Source: Pseudorhodoferax sp. (GTDB lineage: Bacteria > Pseudomonadota > Gammaproteobacteria > Burkholderiales > Burkholderiaceae_C). Taken from it: a stretch of DNA of 64,000 bases. Every line of letters begins with the position of its first letter. Positions within the stretch are counted from its first letter, which is position 1. Under the pieces are notes generated by a model. The model worked only from the letters and a program-made list of their open reading frames with translations, searched no databases and had not been told where the DNA came from. The stretch is taken from assembly GCA_049840715.1 (NCBI GenBank), contig JASGJO010000012.1, positions 2,376 through 66,375 of the forward strand. The letters are read 5' to 3'. Position numbers and translations under genes: made by a program. Below are positions 1 to 10,309 of the stretch, piece after piece.

Positions 1-996
1 CCATCAGCAGCAGCGCACCCAGCGCGAGCGGGCCCGCCAGTTCGGTCTCGCGCAGCTGCACCTGCAGCCGCGCGCCCATCTTCTCGTAGACCTGCCGCAG
101 GCTCTCGGCGCTGCCGGCGCGGAAGTAGTCGCCCCGCGTGATGCCGGTGACCTGGCGCAGCATGTCCTCGTCCAGTTGCAGCACGATGGACCAGTCGTCC
201 TGGTCGGCGCCGGGCTCTGTCGACGGTGCCGAGGCCGCACGGCGTGGATGCGCACGCCGCGCGCGGCCGCCATGTCGGCCGCCTGCAGCGGGTGCACGCC
301 GAAGTTGCTGCGCCCGTCGGTCAGCAGCACGATGGTGGCGGCCGGCTCGGCGCCATGGGCGGATTGCCGCGGCACGGGCCTGGGCTGGGCGCGCGGCGCA
401 TGGGCGGTCAGCGGCATGAAGGCGGCCTCGCCCAGGTCCAGGGCCTCGCGCGGGAACAGTTCGGACAGCGCGGCCACGATGCCGCTGCCCATGGCCGTGC
501 CGTGCTGCAGGTGCAGTGCGTCGATGGCGGCCAGCAGCTTCTCGCGGCTGTAGGTCGGCGGCTGCACCACCTGGGCCGTGCCCGCGAAGCTGACCACGCC
601 CACGCGGGCGCCGTCCGGCAGCTGACGCACGAAGGCCTTGGCGGCTTCGCGCGCGGCATCGAGCCGGCTCGGCTTGATGTCGTCGGCCTGCATGCTCAAC
701 GAGACGTCCACGGCCAGCACCACGGTGGCCTGCGCGGTCGGCAGCGGCAGCGCCGCCTGCGGCCTGGCCGCGGCGAACAGCAGCAAGGCCAGCGCGGCCA
801 GCAGCAGGGCCGGCGGCAGGTGCCGCCGCCAGAGCCGGCCGGGCTGCAGGGCCTGGCGCACCAGGGCCACGTTGGCGTAGCGCAGTGCCGGCCGGCGGCG
901 GGCGCGCAGCAGCCAGAGATAGCCCAGCACCAGCAATGGAACGGCCCACATCAACCACAGCAGTTCGGGCCAGAGGAAGTGCAGGGGCTGGATCAT
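1..996 (-). CDS. VWA domain membrane protein (BatA-like N-terminus), 3' end off-window, frameshifted near 218-237
   Basis: N-terminal 'HFLWPELLWL' TM segment and MIDAS residues DVSLS...T...TDG. The family C-terminus (WSIVLQLDEDMLRQVTGITRGDYFRAGSAESLRQVYE) continues in another frame. SD GGAG precedes ATG 996. Confidence 0.85.
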
Positions 997-1007
997 GGCG
1001 GGCTCCA

Positions 1008-1019
1008 AGGGTTAACCCT
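1008..1019. promoter_or_regulatory. Perfect palindrome AGGGTTAACCCT, putative TF site
   Basis: 12-bp palindrome just upstream of the VWA gene in a divergent intergenic region. Confidence 0.4.
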
Positions 1020-1340
1020 AGGTGTCTAGCAATAAGCTTGCCCGCCTGGTTCGGTTGCGCCAAGCGCACAAATAGCCCCCTGGCGAACGCCGCAGCAATG
1101 GCGTATTCGATGCAGACACGCGTTGCCACGCCGACATCTCTTGTCCCAAGGAGCCTGCAGTGGACAAATTTGCGCACGTTCAGCGCTCTGCGGACCTGCC
1201 AACACGTGTGTTGCGCAGGGCGCTGATCTAACGCGGCGCATCCTTTCTTTGAACGATGCCTGGATTTGTGTACGCCAGCACACTCAATTTGCGCAATCCA
1301 TTGCGTATGCGACCAGCTTCTCACTATTCGGAGGGTGCCC

Positions 1341-3440
1341 ATGAAGAATCTGTCGACAGTACGTGCGCTGCAGAGCGCCGTCTATGCCTTGACCTTCACA
1401 CTGACGGCCTGCGGCGGCGGTGGCAGTGACGATTCCGCCGCTGCGCCTCCTCCGCCGGCCCCCCCTCCGCCGCCGGCGGTGGCGACACTGACGGGGACGG
1501 TTGCGACGGGCGCGGCATTGGCCAATGCGTCTGTCGTCGTGACGGACCGCAGCGGCGCCAATGCCTGCACCGAAACCCCGTTGACCGCCGACAGCACGGG
1601 CCAGTACGGGTGCACGCTGACGGCCACCGCTGCTGCCCCGCTCGTGCTCGTTGCGACGGACCCGGCCGGGCTGGTGGCCCCCATGGTCAGCCTCACGACC
1701 ACCGTGCCGGCCGTCGGCGCGGCCTCGACCGTGAACGTGAGCCCGCTGACCACGGCCATCGCCGCCCAGCTGGCACCGAACAAGGATGCCTTCGCCCTCG
1801 TGCGCGATGCTGCGACGCTGGCCGCACTGGATGCCACCGTGGTGAACGCGGTCAAGGCCAATGTGGCCCGCCAACTCGCGAACGTGCTCACGAGCGTGGG
1901 CCTGGATCCGGCAACCTTCGATCCGGTTTCCACGCCTTTCGTCGGCGGCTCCAATACGGGGGCCGACAAGATGCTGGACCAGGTCCGCGTCACGTTCGAG
2001 AACGGTTCGCCCGTGCTGTCCAACGTGTTGACTCCGGACTCGGCACCCGTGCCCATGGCCGATGCCACCACGACGACTCCAGCCGCCGTGGCCGCTTCCT
2101 CGGTGGCAGGCTTCTCGATCACGGAACTGGACATCTTCAAGACAGGCTTCGAAGCCTGTTTTGCGGTGCCGGCCGCCACGCGCGACGGTTCTCCGGCTTG
2201 CGATGGGCTTGTTGTCGAAGATGCACCCAGCGCCATCACGGGCGGTGCGACCTATCTGAACAGCGGCTACAACGCCGAGGACTCGTTCCGTTCGCTGATC
2301 ACGTCCTCGGACATGGACGGAGCGAAGTTCAACCGCCCTGAACTCCTGCGCTACACAAGCATCGCCGGCGGGCAGGACCAGGCGGTCATCAACCTGCGGT
2401 TTGCCGACAAGAACGGCATCGGCGACAACCGCGTTCTGACGGTCAAGAAATACCCCGGTACCGAGACGACGGCACGTGCGAGCGCCTGGTGGCTGTACGG
2501 CAACCAGCGCGCCGTCAACGCCTATATCCGCGCATCGATCCGCAAGCAGGAGCAACTGCTGCCCGCCGCCTTCCAGGTGCAGTACGACGTCGCGCCATCG
2601 CGCTTCCAGACGGGCCTCGAGATATTCGTCGCGCGCGATGGTCTCGGGCCCAACACGGCCGGGCTGCGCTATGCCCGTGTCAAGGGCCCCGGCCTGCCCA
2701 GTGCCGGCCTTGTGCTCTCGGACGTGAACGGCTTGCCGCAATCCTGGATGGCGATCCTGAATGCCGACGGCACGATTCCTTCGACCAAGCAGACCACTTC
2801 GGCCAGCAACAACATCTTCTACCTGCAACGCAGTCTCGGCATCACCGGCGCCGATGCCTTCGCGCTGCGCAGCAACCCGTACGTCTTCCAGGCCGTGCCG
2901 CAGTACAACAACTGGGCCCACCCTGCGATGTACGGCGAGGCCGCAAGCGCCACCTGGCAGTTCGACTTGAGCAAGGTGCCGGCATGGTCGCGCTACACGT
3001 TCGAGCTGTTCTACGAGACATCGCCCGGCGGGGCGACCGAGACGACGCCCAGCCGCACCTTCAGCACGAGCATCGTGACGCCTGTCGTGCCCGCTGCGTA
3101 TGCAGCCACCCAGCAATGGCACGACTTCCCTGCCGAAACGCGGGCTTTGGCCAGCGATGGCGCGCCTGCCGCGGCGAGCCTGACGCTGAACTGGCTGATC
3201 AACCCCTACGCGGAGCGCGTCGACTCTGTCAACGTCTACACGTTCGACTACAACTCGCTGCAGACCGTCAACTCGCCGTCGATCCTGGTGCCCAAGGGTG
3301 CCTCGAGCCAGGTTGCCACTGCGGCCAATGGCGCCGTGTTCCCCATGCTCACGACAGCCTACCGCGTGAGTCGCACGCTGCAATGGCGCTACAAGATGTT
3401 GGACGGGTCGTACAAGGACCAGACGCTCACGTTCAACTGA
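1341..3440 (+). CDS. Large hypothetical lipoprotein (699 aa), probably surface-associated
   Basis: SD GGAGG, signal peptide with lipobox LTAC followed by GGGG, poly-Pro linker, Thr/Ala-rich domain. Many T/A-ending codons relative to neighbours. Confidence 0.8.
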   Translation: MKNLSTVRALQSAVYALTFTLTACGGGGSDDSAAAPPPPAPPPPPAVATLTGTVATGAALANASVVVTDRSGANACTETPLTADSTGQYGCTLTATAAAPLVLVATDPAGLVAPMVSLTTTVPAVGAASTVNVSPLTTAIAAQLAPNKDAFALVRDAATLAALDATVVNAVKANVARQLANVLTSVGLDPATFDPVSTPFVGGSNTGADKMLDQVRVTFENGSPVLSNVLTPDSAPVPMADATTTTPAAVAASSVAGFSITELDIFKTGFEACFAVPAATRDGSPACDGLVVEDAPSAITGGATYLNSGYNAEDSFRSLITSSDMDGAKFNRPELLRYTSIAGGQDQAVINLRFADKNGIGDNRVLTVKKYPGTETTARASAWWLYGNQRAVNAYIRASIRKQEQLLPAAFQVQYDVAPSRFQTGLEIFVARDGLGPNTAGLRYARVKGPGLPSAGLVLSDVNGLPQSWMAILNADGTIPSTKQTTSASNNIFYLQRSLGITGADAFALRSNPYVFQAVPQYNNWAHPAMYGEAASATWQFDLSKVPAWSRYTFELFYETSPGGATETTPSRTFSTSIVTPVVPAAYAATQQWHDFPAETRALASDGAPAAASLTLNWLINPYAERVDSVNVYTFDYNSLQTVNSPSILVPKGASSQVATAANGAVFPMLTTAYRVSRTLQWRYKMLDGSYKDQTLTFN

Positions 3441-3446
3441 TCTGCC

Positions 3447-3481
3447 GCGGGCTGCGTGCCGGCGGCAGGCATGCAGCCCGC
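3447..3481. terminator. Stem-loop between convergent genes
   Basis: GCGGGCTGCGTGCC...GGCATGCAGCCCGC inverted repeat, no clear U-tract. Confidence 0.55.
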
Positions 3482-3486
3482 GCTGC

Positions 3487-4482
3487 TCAATCCAGCGCGA
3501 TCCCCTCCGCCTGGATCACCGCCCCCCAGGCCGGCACCTCGGCCGCGATGCGCTTGGCGAAGGCCGCCGGCGCGCGCATCACGAGCTCGCCCTGCGTGCT
3601 CAGCGAGGCCCTGGCCTTGGCATCGTTCATGAGGCCTTGCGCGGCGGCGTCGAGTCGGGCGACGATCTGCGGCGGCGTGCCGGCCGGGACCAGCAGGCCG
3701 ATCCAGAAGGCGACGTTGAAGTCGGCCACGCCGGCCTGCTCCATGGTCGGCACCTCGGGCAGTTGCGGGATGCGCTGGGGCGAGGTCACCGCCAGCGCCT
3801 TGAGCTTGCCGGCCTGGATGTGCGGCACGGCCGTCAGCACGTCGAAGGAGCTGTCGAGCTCGCCCGCGATGGTCGCCAGCTGCGCCTGGGCCGTGCTCTT
3901 GTAGGGCACGTGCGTGGTGCTGATCTTGCTGCGGTTGTTCAGCATCGCGTAGCTCAGGTGGGCGATGTTGCCGGCGCCCGGCGAGCCGTAGCTGATGGCG
4001 CCCGGGTTGCGGCGCGCGTACTGCACGAGGTCGGCGAGCGTGGCGACGCCGTTCTTCTGCGCCCAGTTCGGGTTGGCCGTGAGGATGAAGGGCGCCTCCA
4101 GCACCATGGTCACGGGCGCGAGGTCGCTCGTCTTGTAGCTGATCTTGCGGTAAAGCTGCGGATTGATCGTGATGCTGCTGGAGTTGGTCAGCAGCAGCGT
4201 GTAGCCGTCGGGCGCGGCGCGCGCGGCCTCGGATACGCCGATCACGCCGTTGGCGCCGACCTTGTTCTCCACGACCACGGGCTGGCCCAGGGAACGGCCG
4301 AGGGTGTCGGCCATCACGCGGGCCACGGTGTCCGTGAAGGAGCCGGCCGGGAAGGGCACGACCATGCGGATCGGCTTGCTGGGCCAGGCGTCCTGGGCCT
4401 GTGCCGGCAGCGCGGCGGCGCAGGCCAGCGCGAGTGCCAGCTGCAGTGTCTTGCGGCGGGAAGGGGGATTGGCTTGTCTCAT
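3487..4482 (-). CDS. Bug/TctC tripartite tricarboxylate transporter substrate-binding protein
   Basis: WPSKPIRMVVPFPAGSFTD, VENKVGANG and APDGYT motifs. Confidence 0.93.
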   Translation of the reverse strand: MRQANPPSRRKTLQLALALACAAALPAQAQDAWPSKPIRMVVPFPAGSFTDTVARVMADTLGRSLGQPVVVENKVGANGVIGVSEAARAAPDGYTLLLTNSSSITINPQLYRKISYKTSDLAPVTMVLEAPFILTANPNWAQKNGVATLADLVQYARRNPGAISYGSPGAGNIAHLSYAMLNNRSKISTTHVPYKSTAQAQLATIAGELDSSFDVLTAVPHIQAGKLKALAVTSPQRIPQLPEVPTMEQAGVADFNVAFWIGLLVPAGTPPQIVARLDAAAQGLMNDAKARASLSTQGELVMRAPAAFAKRIAAEVPAWGAVIQAEGIALD

Positions 4483-4508
4483 CTCGGTTTCCTCGGGTTG
4501 TGGTTTCT

Positions 4509-6959
4509 TCAGGCCGCGGTGCGGCCGCCCCTGGGCCGCGCGCTGCGGCCCGTGATGCCTCGCTGTTCCAGTGCGGCCAGCTGCGTGGGCCCCAGGCCCA
4601 GCCGCTCGCCCAGCACCTGGGCCGTGTGCTCACCCAGCGTGGGCGCGACCTGGCGGATCGGCAGCGGCCGGCCGTCCTGGCGGAACGGCGTGCTGCCGCT
4701 CAGGTAGCGGCCCACGTGCGCGCGCTCCAGCCGCTGCCAGAAGCCGCGCGCCTGCAGGTGCGGGTCGTCCATGAGGCGCGGGATGGAGCGCACGGCGCCG
4801 GCGCTGACGCCGGCCTGCTGCAACTGCTCCATGGCCGCGTCGGCGCTGCGCGCGGCGGCCCAGGCGGCGATCGCCGCGTCGAGCCGGTCCTGCTGCGCGA
4901 GCCGGCACTGCGCCTGCGCGAGACCGGCGTCGGCCGCGAGGTCCGGCCGCCCGAGCACGCCGCACAGCGCCTGCCATTGGCCGTCGTCGCGCACGCTCAC
5001 GACGAGCCAGTCGTCCGGCCCCGCGCAGCGCCAGCAGCCGTGCGGCGCGTGCAGCGGGTGGCGGTTGCCCGCACGCGCGGGCACGCTGCCGTGCACCGAC
5101 TGCGCCAGCACGAAGGGCGCGGCCATGGGCAGCATCGCCTCGACCTGCGAGAGGTTCAGCTGCATGCCGCGCCCGGTCTCGCGCTGCACGTGGAGCGCGA
5201 GCAGAAGCGCCGCGCCCGCGTTGAGCCCGCCGACCGGGTCGCCGTAGGCGTAGGAGGTCATGGCCGGCGGCCCGTCCGCATGGCCCGTGTGGAGCGGCAG
5301 GCCGGTCGCCTGCTCCAGCGTGCCGCCATAGGCGCGCGTGTCGCTCCAGGCGTTGCCGAGGCCGAAGGCCGGCATGGAGACCATGACCAGGCGCGGGTTG
5401 ACGGCCTGCAGCGCCGCGTAGTCCAGCCCCAGCTTGGGCAGCACCTCGGCCGAGTAGTTCTCGATCACCGCATCGGCCTGGGCCACGAGTTGCAGCAGCA
5501 GCTGCCGGCCCTCGGCACGCGCGAGATCCAGCGTGATGCCGCGCTTGTTGCGGTTCATGAGGTTGAAGTTGGAATTCTTCTCGTACAGCCGCTCGCGGTA
5601 GAACTCCTCGGTGAAGTTCGCGCCGCGCCACCAGTCGGGATAGACCGCGCTCTCGACCTTGATGACCTCGGCCCCCAGGTCGGCCGCCGTGCGCGCGGCC
5701 AGCGGCCCGGCCCAGCCCATGGTCAGGTCGACGATGGTGGTGCCTTCCAGCGGCAGGCGCTGCGCCGTGCCGGCGGCGCGCGCCGGCTGGCGCGCGAGGC
5801 CCGCGCCGCGGTAGTGCGCGTCGTCGGCGCCGCGCGCGGGCGCCGCACCGCCGCGCAGCGGGCCGGCCGCGCCCAGGCGCAGCGGCACGCCTGGGCCTTC
5901 GCAGCGTGCGGCGCCTGCCGCGACCGGCACGAAGGCATGGCGCTGGCGGTGCACCTCCTGTGCGAGCAGCTCGGCCATGGTGGGCACCAGCACCGTGGGG
6001 TGTTTGCGCGCGCCCAGGTCCTCGAACCACTGCTGCGCGGTGCGGGTCGCCAGCGCGGCGCGCAGCATGGCGTCGATCTCGTCGGCGCGCGCCATGCGTT
6101 CGGCGCCGTTGGCATAGCGCGGGTCGTGCGCGAGCTCGGGCCGGCCGATGGCCTCGCACAGCGCGGCCCACTGCGCCAGCGTGTGCGTGAAGATGCCGAT
6201 CCAGCCCTGGGCCGTGGCGTAGATGCCGGTCGGGTGCGTGCCGCAGAAGCGGTTCACGCCCAGGCGCGGCGCGTGGCGGCCGTCCTGCACCATGCCGGCC
6301 TCCATCTCCACGGTGTGGAACACCGCTTCGTGGATGCTGAGCACGTAGCGCCGGCTGCCGTGGGCGCGGCCGGTCCAGGCCGCCACGGCGGCCGAGAAGG
6401 CCGCGAGGCCGGCCGCGATGCCGGTCTGCAGCTCGTGCGGCATGTGCGGCGGCCCTTCCACGGGGCCGCTGTTGAACACCGCGCCCGACAGCGCGCGGCA
6501 CACGGCCTCGGAGCCCGCGCAGGCGCTGTAGGGGCCGTCCTCGCCGAACCAGGTGAAGACGATCTCGACCGGCGCCTGTGCCGCGCCGGCGATGGGCCGG
6601 GCGAGCACGCCCAGGCCTGCGTCGAGCGCGCGTGCGTCCAGCACCACGTCGCAGGTCTGCGCCAGCCGTTGCAGCCAGCCTGCATCCTGGACCGGGTCCG
6701 CCGTCACGCTGCGCTTGTTGGTGTGCAGCCAGGCCCACAGGGCGCTGCGCGGCGGCGGCCCGTCCAGCAGCGGCGGCATGCGTTCCCACGCGTCGCCGGC
6801 CGGCGCCTCGACCTTGACGACTTCGGCGCCGAAGTCCGCGAACAGCTTGCCGGTGTAGGCCAGCGCCGGCCCGGTGCCGATCTCCAGCACGCGCAGGCCG
6901 CGCAGCGCCAGCCGGTCCGGGTCCGGCGCCTGGTCGATGCTGTCTCCCTGCATCGCCAT
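4509..6959 (-). CDS. Two-domain CaiB/BaiF (family III) CoA-transferase
   Basis: Two repeats (LRGLRVLE..ADFGAEVVKVE and LEGTTIVD..ADLGAEVIKVE, NKRGITLDL). Real start is ATG 6959 or GTG 6968; the upstream part of the 2207-aa ORF is a shadow of other genes. Confidence 0.9.
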   Translation of the reverse strand: MAMQGDSIDQAPDPDRLALRGLRVLEIGTGPALAYTGKLFADFGAEVVKVEAPAGDAWERMPPLLDGPPPRSALWAWLHTNKRSVTADPVQDAGWLQRLAQTCDVVLDARALDAGLGVLARPIAGAAQAPVEIVFTWFGEDGPYSACAGSEAVCRALSGAVFNSGPVEGPPHMPHELQTGIAAGLAAFSAAVAAWTGRAHGSRRYVLSIHEAVFHTVEMEAGMVQDGRHAPRLGVNRFCGTHPTGIYATAQGWIGIFTHTLAQWAALCEAIGRPELAHDPRYANGAERMARADEIDAMLRAALATRTAQQWFEDLGARKHPTVLVPTMAELLAQEVHRQRHAFVPVAAGAARCEGPGVPLRLGAAGPLRGGAAPARGADDAHYRGAGLARQPARAAGTAQRLPLEGTTIVDLTMGWAGPLAARTAADLGAEVIKVESAVYPDWWRGANFTEEFYRERLYEKNSNFNLMNRNKRGITLDLARAEGRQLLLQLVAQADAVIENYSAEVLPKLGLDYAALQAVNPRLVMVSMPAFGLGNAWSDTRAYGGTLEQATGLPLHTGHADGPPAMTSYAYGDPVGGLNAGAALLLALHVQRETGRGMQLNLSQVEAMLPMAAPFVLAQSVHGSVPARAGNRHPLHAPHGCWRCAGPDDWLVVSVRDDGQWQALCGVLGRPDLAADAGLAQAQCRLAQQDRLDAAIAAWAAARSADAAMEQLQQAGVSAGAVRSIPRLMDDPHLQARGFWQRLERAHVGRYLSGSTPFRQDGRPLPIRQVAPTLGEHTAQVLGERLGLGPTQLAALEQRGITGRSARPRGGRTAA

Positions 6960-6964
6960 CGCGC

Positions 6965-9900
6965 TCACCAGGCGTCCACGAAGCCGCGGCGCGGGCGCAG
7001 GCCGCGCAGCCTGGCCGAGGCGATGCCCTTGGCGATCCACTGGCGCGTCTGCGCGGGGTCGATCACGGCATCGATCTCCACGGCCGCGGCGGTCGAGATC
7101 GCGTGGCCGCGCTCGTAGGCCTTGGCCACCAGGCTGTCGTACAGCGCGCGCCGCTCGGGGCCGTCGGGCACGGCCTGGAGTTCCTTCTTGAAGCCCAGCG
7201 TGATCGCGCCCTCCAACCCCATGGGCCCGAACTCGCCCGTGGGCCAGGAGACCGTGAAGCTGGCCGAGCGGAAGCCGCCGCCGGCCATGGCCATGGCGCC
7301 CAGGCCGTAGCCCTTGCGCAGCGTCACGGCCAGCAGCGCCACGCGCAGCTTGGCGGCGACCAGGAACATGCGCGAGACATGGCGCACCTGGGCCTTGGCC
7401 TCGACCTCGGGGCCGACCATGAAGCCGGGCGTGTCGATCAGCGAGACGATGGGCAGGCCGTGCGCATCGCACAGCTGCATGAAGCGCGCTGCCTTGTCGG
7501 CCGCGTCGGCGTCGATGGCGCCGCCCAGGTGGTGCGGGTTGTTGGCCATGATGCCCACGGGCTGGCCTTCCACGCGCGCCAACGCCGTGTGGATGCCCAG
7601 GCCGAAGCCGCCGCGCAGCATCAGCACGCTGCCGCTGTCGGCGATGCCCTCGATGGCGCGGCGCGTGTCGTACACGCGCAGCCGGTTCTCGGGCACGACC
7701 TGGCGCAGCTGCAGCGCATCGGGCGCGCTCCATTGCGCCACCGGCCCCTGGAACATCGAGAGGTAGTGCCTGGCCGCCTGCACGGCCTGGGCCTCGTTGT
7801 CGACCAGCACGTCGATCACGCCATTGGCGTACTGCACGGGCGCCGGCCCCACGTCCTCGGGGCGGTAGATGCCCAGGCCGCCGCCTTCGATCATGGCCGG
7901 CCCGGCCATGCCGATGTTGGCCGAGCGGTCCGCGATGACCACGTCGCAGCAGCCCAGGAAGGCCGCGTTGCCCGCGAAGCAGCGGCCCGACACCACGCCG
8001 ACCACGGGCACCTGGCCCGACAGGTCGGCGAAGGCCGCGAAGGAGGGCTGGTACAGGCCCGAGACCGAGGGGAAGTCCACGTCGCCGGGCCGCCCGCCGC
8101 CGCCTTCGGCCAGCAGCACCAGCGGCAGTTCGTCGCGCAGCGCCACCTCGACGATGCGGTCGGTCTTGATGTGGTTGCGCTTGCCCTGGGTGCCGGCCAG
8201 CACGGTGGCGTCGTAGGCCATCACGGCGCTCTGCGCGCGCTCCCTGGCGACGAGCGCGCCGTTGATGCTGCCGATGCCGGTGATGAGGCCGTCGGCCGGC
8301 GTGTTGGCGATCAGGTCGGCCTGGCTGCGGCGGCTGGCCTGCGCTGCCAGCGCGAGCGCGCCGTACTCCACGAAGCTGTCGGCGTCGACGAGGTCGGCCA
8401 CGTTTTCGCGCGCCGTGCGCTGGCCGCGCGCGCGCCGGCGCGCCACGGCCTCGGGGCGGGCTGCGTCGTAGAGCGGGGCGTGGCGGTCGAGCACGCGCTG
8501 CAGGTCGGGGCGTATGGCCTGCGGGTCGATGGCCTCGCTGGCCTGCGCCGCGGCGGCGTCGTGTTCGGCCGGCTCCAGCAGCACGAGGATCTGGCCTTCG
8601 GCGGCCTGGGCGCCGGCCTCCAGCTGCACGGCCAGCACGCGGCCGCTGGCCGTGGCGGCGACGCTGTGCTCCATCTTCATGGCGTCGAGCACGGCCACGG
8701 TCTGGCCCGGCTGCACGAGCGCGCCCGGCGCGACCGCGATCTCGACGACGCGGCCGCTCAACGGCGCGCGCACGGCCAGCGTGCCGGCGGGAGCGGCCTG
8801 CTCGGCAGGCGTGGCGGCCACGGGCATGGCGGTGGCGGCCAGGCCCAGCGCCGCATCGCGGGCGCGCTCGGCCTCGGCGATGGCGGCCGCGGCGGCCAGC
8901 AGCTCGGGCGCGATGGCCTCGAAGTGGCGGGTGTGCACGTCCTGCGTGGCGAAGTCGGGGCGTGCCACGAGCGCGCGCAGCAGGTCCAGGTTGGTCGCGA
9001 TGCCGGCGATGCGGAACTCCGCCAGGCTGCGCTGCAACCGCCGCACGGCGTCGCCGAACCGGGCGCTCTGGCTGGTCACGATGAGCTTGGCCAGCAGCGT
9101 GTCGAAGCTGGGCGGCGGCGCATAGCCCTGGCTGCCGTGCGTGTCCACGCGCACGTCCGGGCCGGCCGGCAGTTCGAAGCGCTCGAGCCGGCCATGCGCG
9201 GGCCGGGCCTGGCCCTGTGCGTCGCTGGCCTCGGCGTTCACGCGCACCTGGATCGCGAAGCCGCGCGGCTGCGGCGGCGCGGCCGGGTCCAGGCCCAGTT
9301 CGCGCAGGCTGCGGCCGTCCGCCAGGCCCAGCTGCAGCGCGACCAGGTCCACGCCCGTGACCTGCTCGGTGACGGTGTGCTCGACCTGCAGGCGCGGGTT
9401 GGCCTCGATGAAGACGAAGCCGGTCTGCTCGCCGGCCGCGTTCTCCTCGACCAGGAACTCGAAGGTGCCCAGGCTCCGGTACTGCACGCGCCTGGCCAGC
9501 AGCTTTGCCGCGCCGACGATGCGCTCGCGCAGCGCGGGATCGAGCACCGGGCTGGGCGCGATCTCCACGAGCTTCTGGAAGCGCCGCTGCAGCGTGCAGT
9601 CGCGCTCGCCGAGCGCCACCACCTGCTCGCCGTCGCCCGCGATCTGCACCTCGATGTGGCGCGCACGGGCCACCAGGCGTTCGGCGTACAGCGCGTCCAC
9701 GCCGAAGGCGCTGGCGGCCTCGGAGCGGCAGCGCGCATAGGCCGGCTCCAGGTCTTCGCGCCGGTTCACCACGCGCATGCCGCGTCCGCCGCCGCCGCCC
9801 ACGGCCTTGACCACGATGCCGGTGCCGCCCTGGGCGTCGAAGAAGGCGGCGATGTCTTGCAGGGAGGCCGCGCCGGCCGTGGCCGGCATCACGGGCACCT

Positions 9901-10273
9901 CGCAGCTGCGCGCCAGCGCCAGGGCGCGGCCCTTGTCGCCGAACAGCGCGAGCTGCTCCACCGTGGGGCCGACGAAGCGGATGCCGGCATCGCCGCACGC
10001 CTGGGCGAAGTCGGCGCGCTCGCTCAGGAAGCCGTAGCCCGGGTGCACGGCATCGCAGCCCGTGGCCTCGGCGGCCGCCAGCATGGCGGCGATGTCGATG
10101 TAGGCAGCCGGGCCGCTGCCGGCCAGCGCATGGGCCTCGTCGGCCAGCAGGCGGTGGCGCGCGGCGGCGTCGTCCTGGGCGTAGACGGCCACGCTGGCGA
10201 TGCCGAGGTCGCGCGCGGCGCGCTGCACGCGCAGCGCGATCTCGCCGCGGTTGGCGATGAGCAGTTTGTTCAA
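6965..10273 (-). CDS. Single-chain acyl-CoA carboxylase (biotin carboxylase-BCCP-carboxyltransferase fusion)
   Basis: KLLIANRGEIA, HPGYGFLSE, EANPRLQVEH; biotinylation motif AMKMEH; CT motifs EGGGGRPGD and DTPGFMVG; TTG start with AGGAG SD. Confidence 0.93.
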   Translation of the reverse strand: MNKLLIANRGEIALRVQRAARDLGIASVAVYAQDDAAARHRLLADEAHALAGSGPAAYIDIAAMLAAAEATGCDAVHPGYGFLSERADFAQACGDAGIRFVGPTVEQLALFGDKGRALALARSCEVPVMPATAGAASLQDIAAFFDAQGGTGIVVKAVGGGGGRGMRVVNRREDLEPAYARCRSEAASAFGVDALYAERLVARARHIEVQIAGDGEQVVALGERDCTLQRRFQKLVEIAPSPVLDPALRERIVGAAKLLARRVQYRSLGTFEFLVEENAAGEQTGFVFIEANPRLQVEHTVTEQVTGVDLVALQLGLADGRSLRELGLDPAAPPQPRGFAIQVRVNAEASDAQGQARPAHGRLERFELPAGPDVRVDTHGSQGYAPPPSFDTLLAKLIVTSQSARFGDAVRRLQRSLAEFRIAGIATNLDLLRALVARPDFATQDVHTRHFEAIAPELLAAAAAIAEAERARDAALGLAATAMPVAATPAEQAAPAGTLAVRAPLSGRVVEIAVAPGALVQPGQTVAVLDAMKMEHSVAATASGRVLAVQLEAGAQAAEGQILVLLEPAEHDAAAAQASEAIDPQAIRPDLQRVLDRHAPLYDAARPEAVARRRARGQRTARENVADLVDADSFVEYGALALAAQASRRSQADLIANTPADGLITGIGSINGALVARERAQSAVMAYDATVLAGTQGKRNHIKTDRIVEVALRDELPLVLLAEGGGGRPGDVDFPSVSGLYQPSFAAFADLSGQVPVVGVVSGRCFAGNAAFLGCCDVVIADRSANIGMAGPAMIEGGGLGIYRPEDVGPAPVQYANGVIDVLVDNEAQAVQAARHYLSMFQGPVAQWSAPDALQLRQVVPENRLRVYDTRRAIEGIADSGSVLMLRGGFGLGIHTALARVEGQPVGIMANNPHHLGGAIDADAADKAARFMQLCDAHGLPIVSLIDTPGFMVGPEVEAKAQVRHVSRMFLVAAKLRVALLAVTLRKGYGLGAMAMAGGGFRSASFTVSWPTGEFGPMGLEGAITLGFKKELQAVPDGPERRALYDSLVAKAYERGHAISTAAAVEIDAVIDPAQTRQWIAKGIASARLRGLRPRRGFVDAW

Positions 10274-10309
10274 GGGAGTCTCCTGTGTTGTCGTGTGGAA
10301 GAAGGGAGG

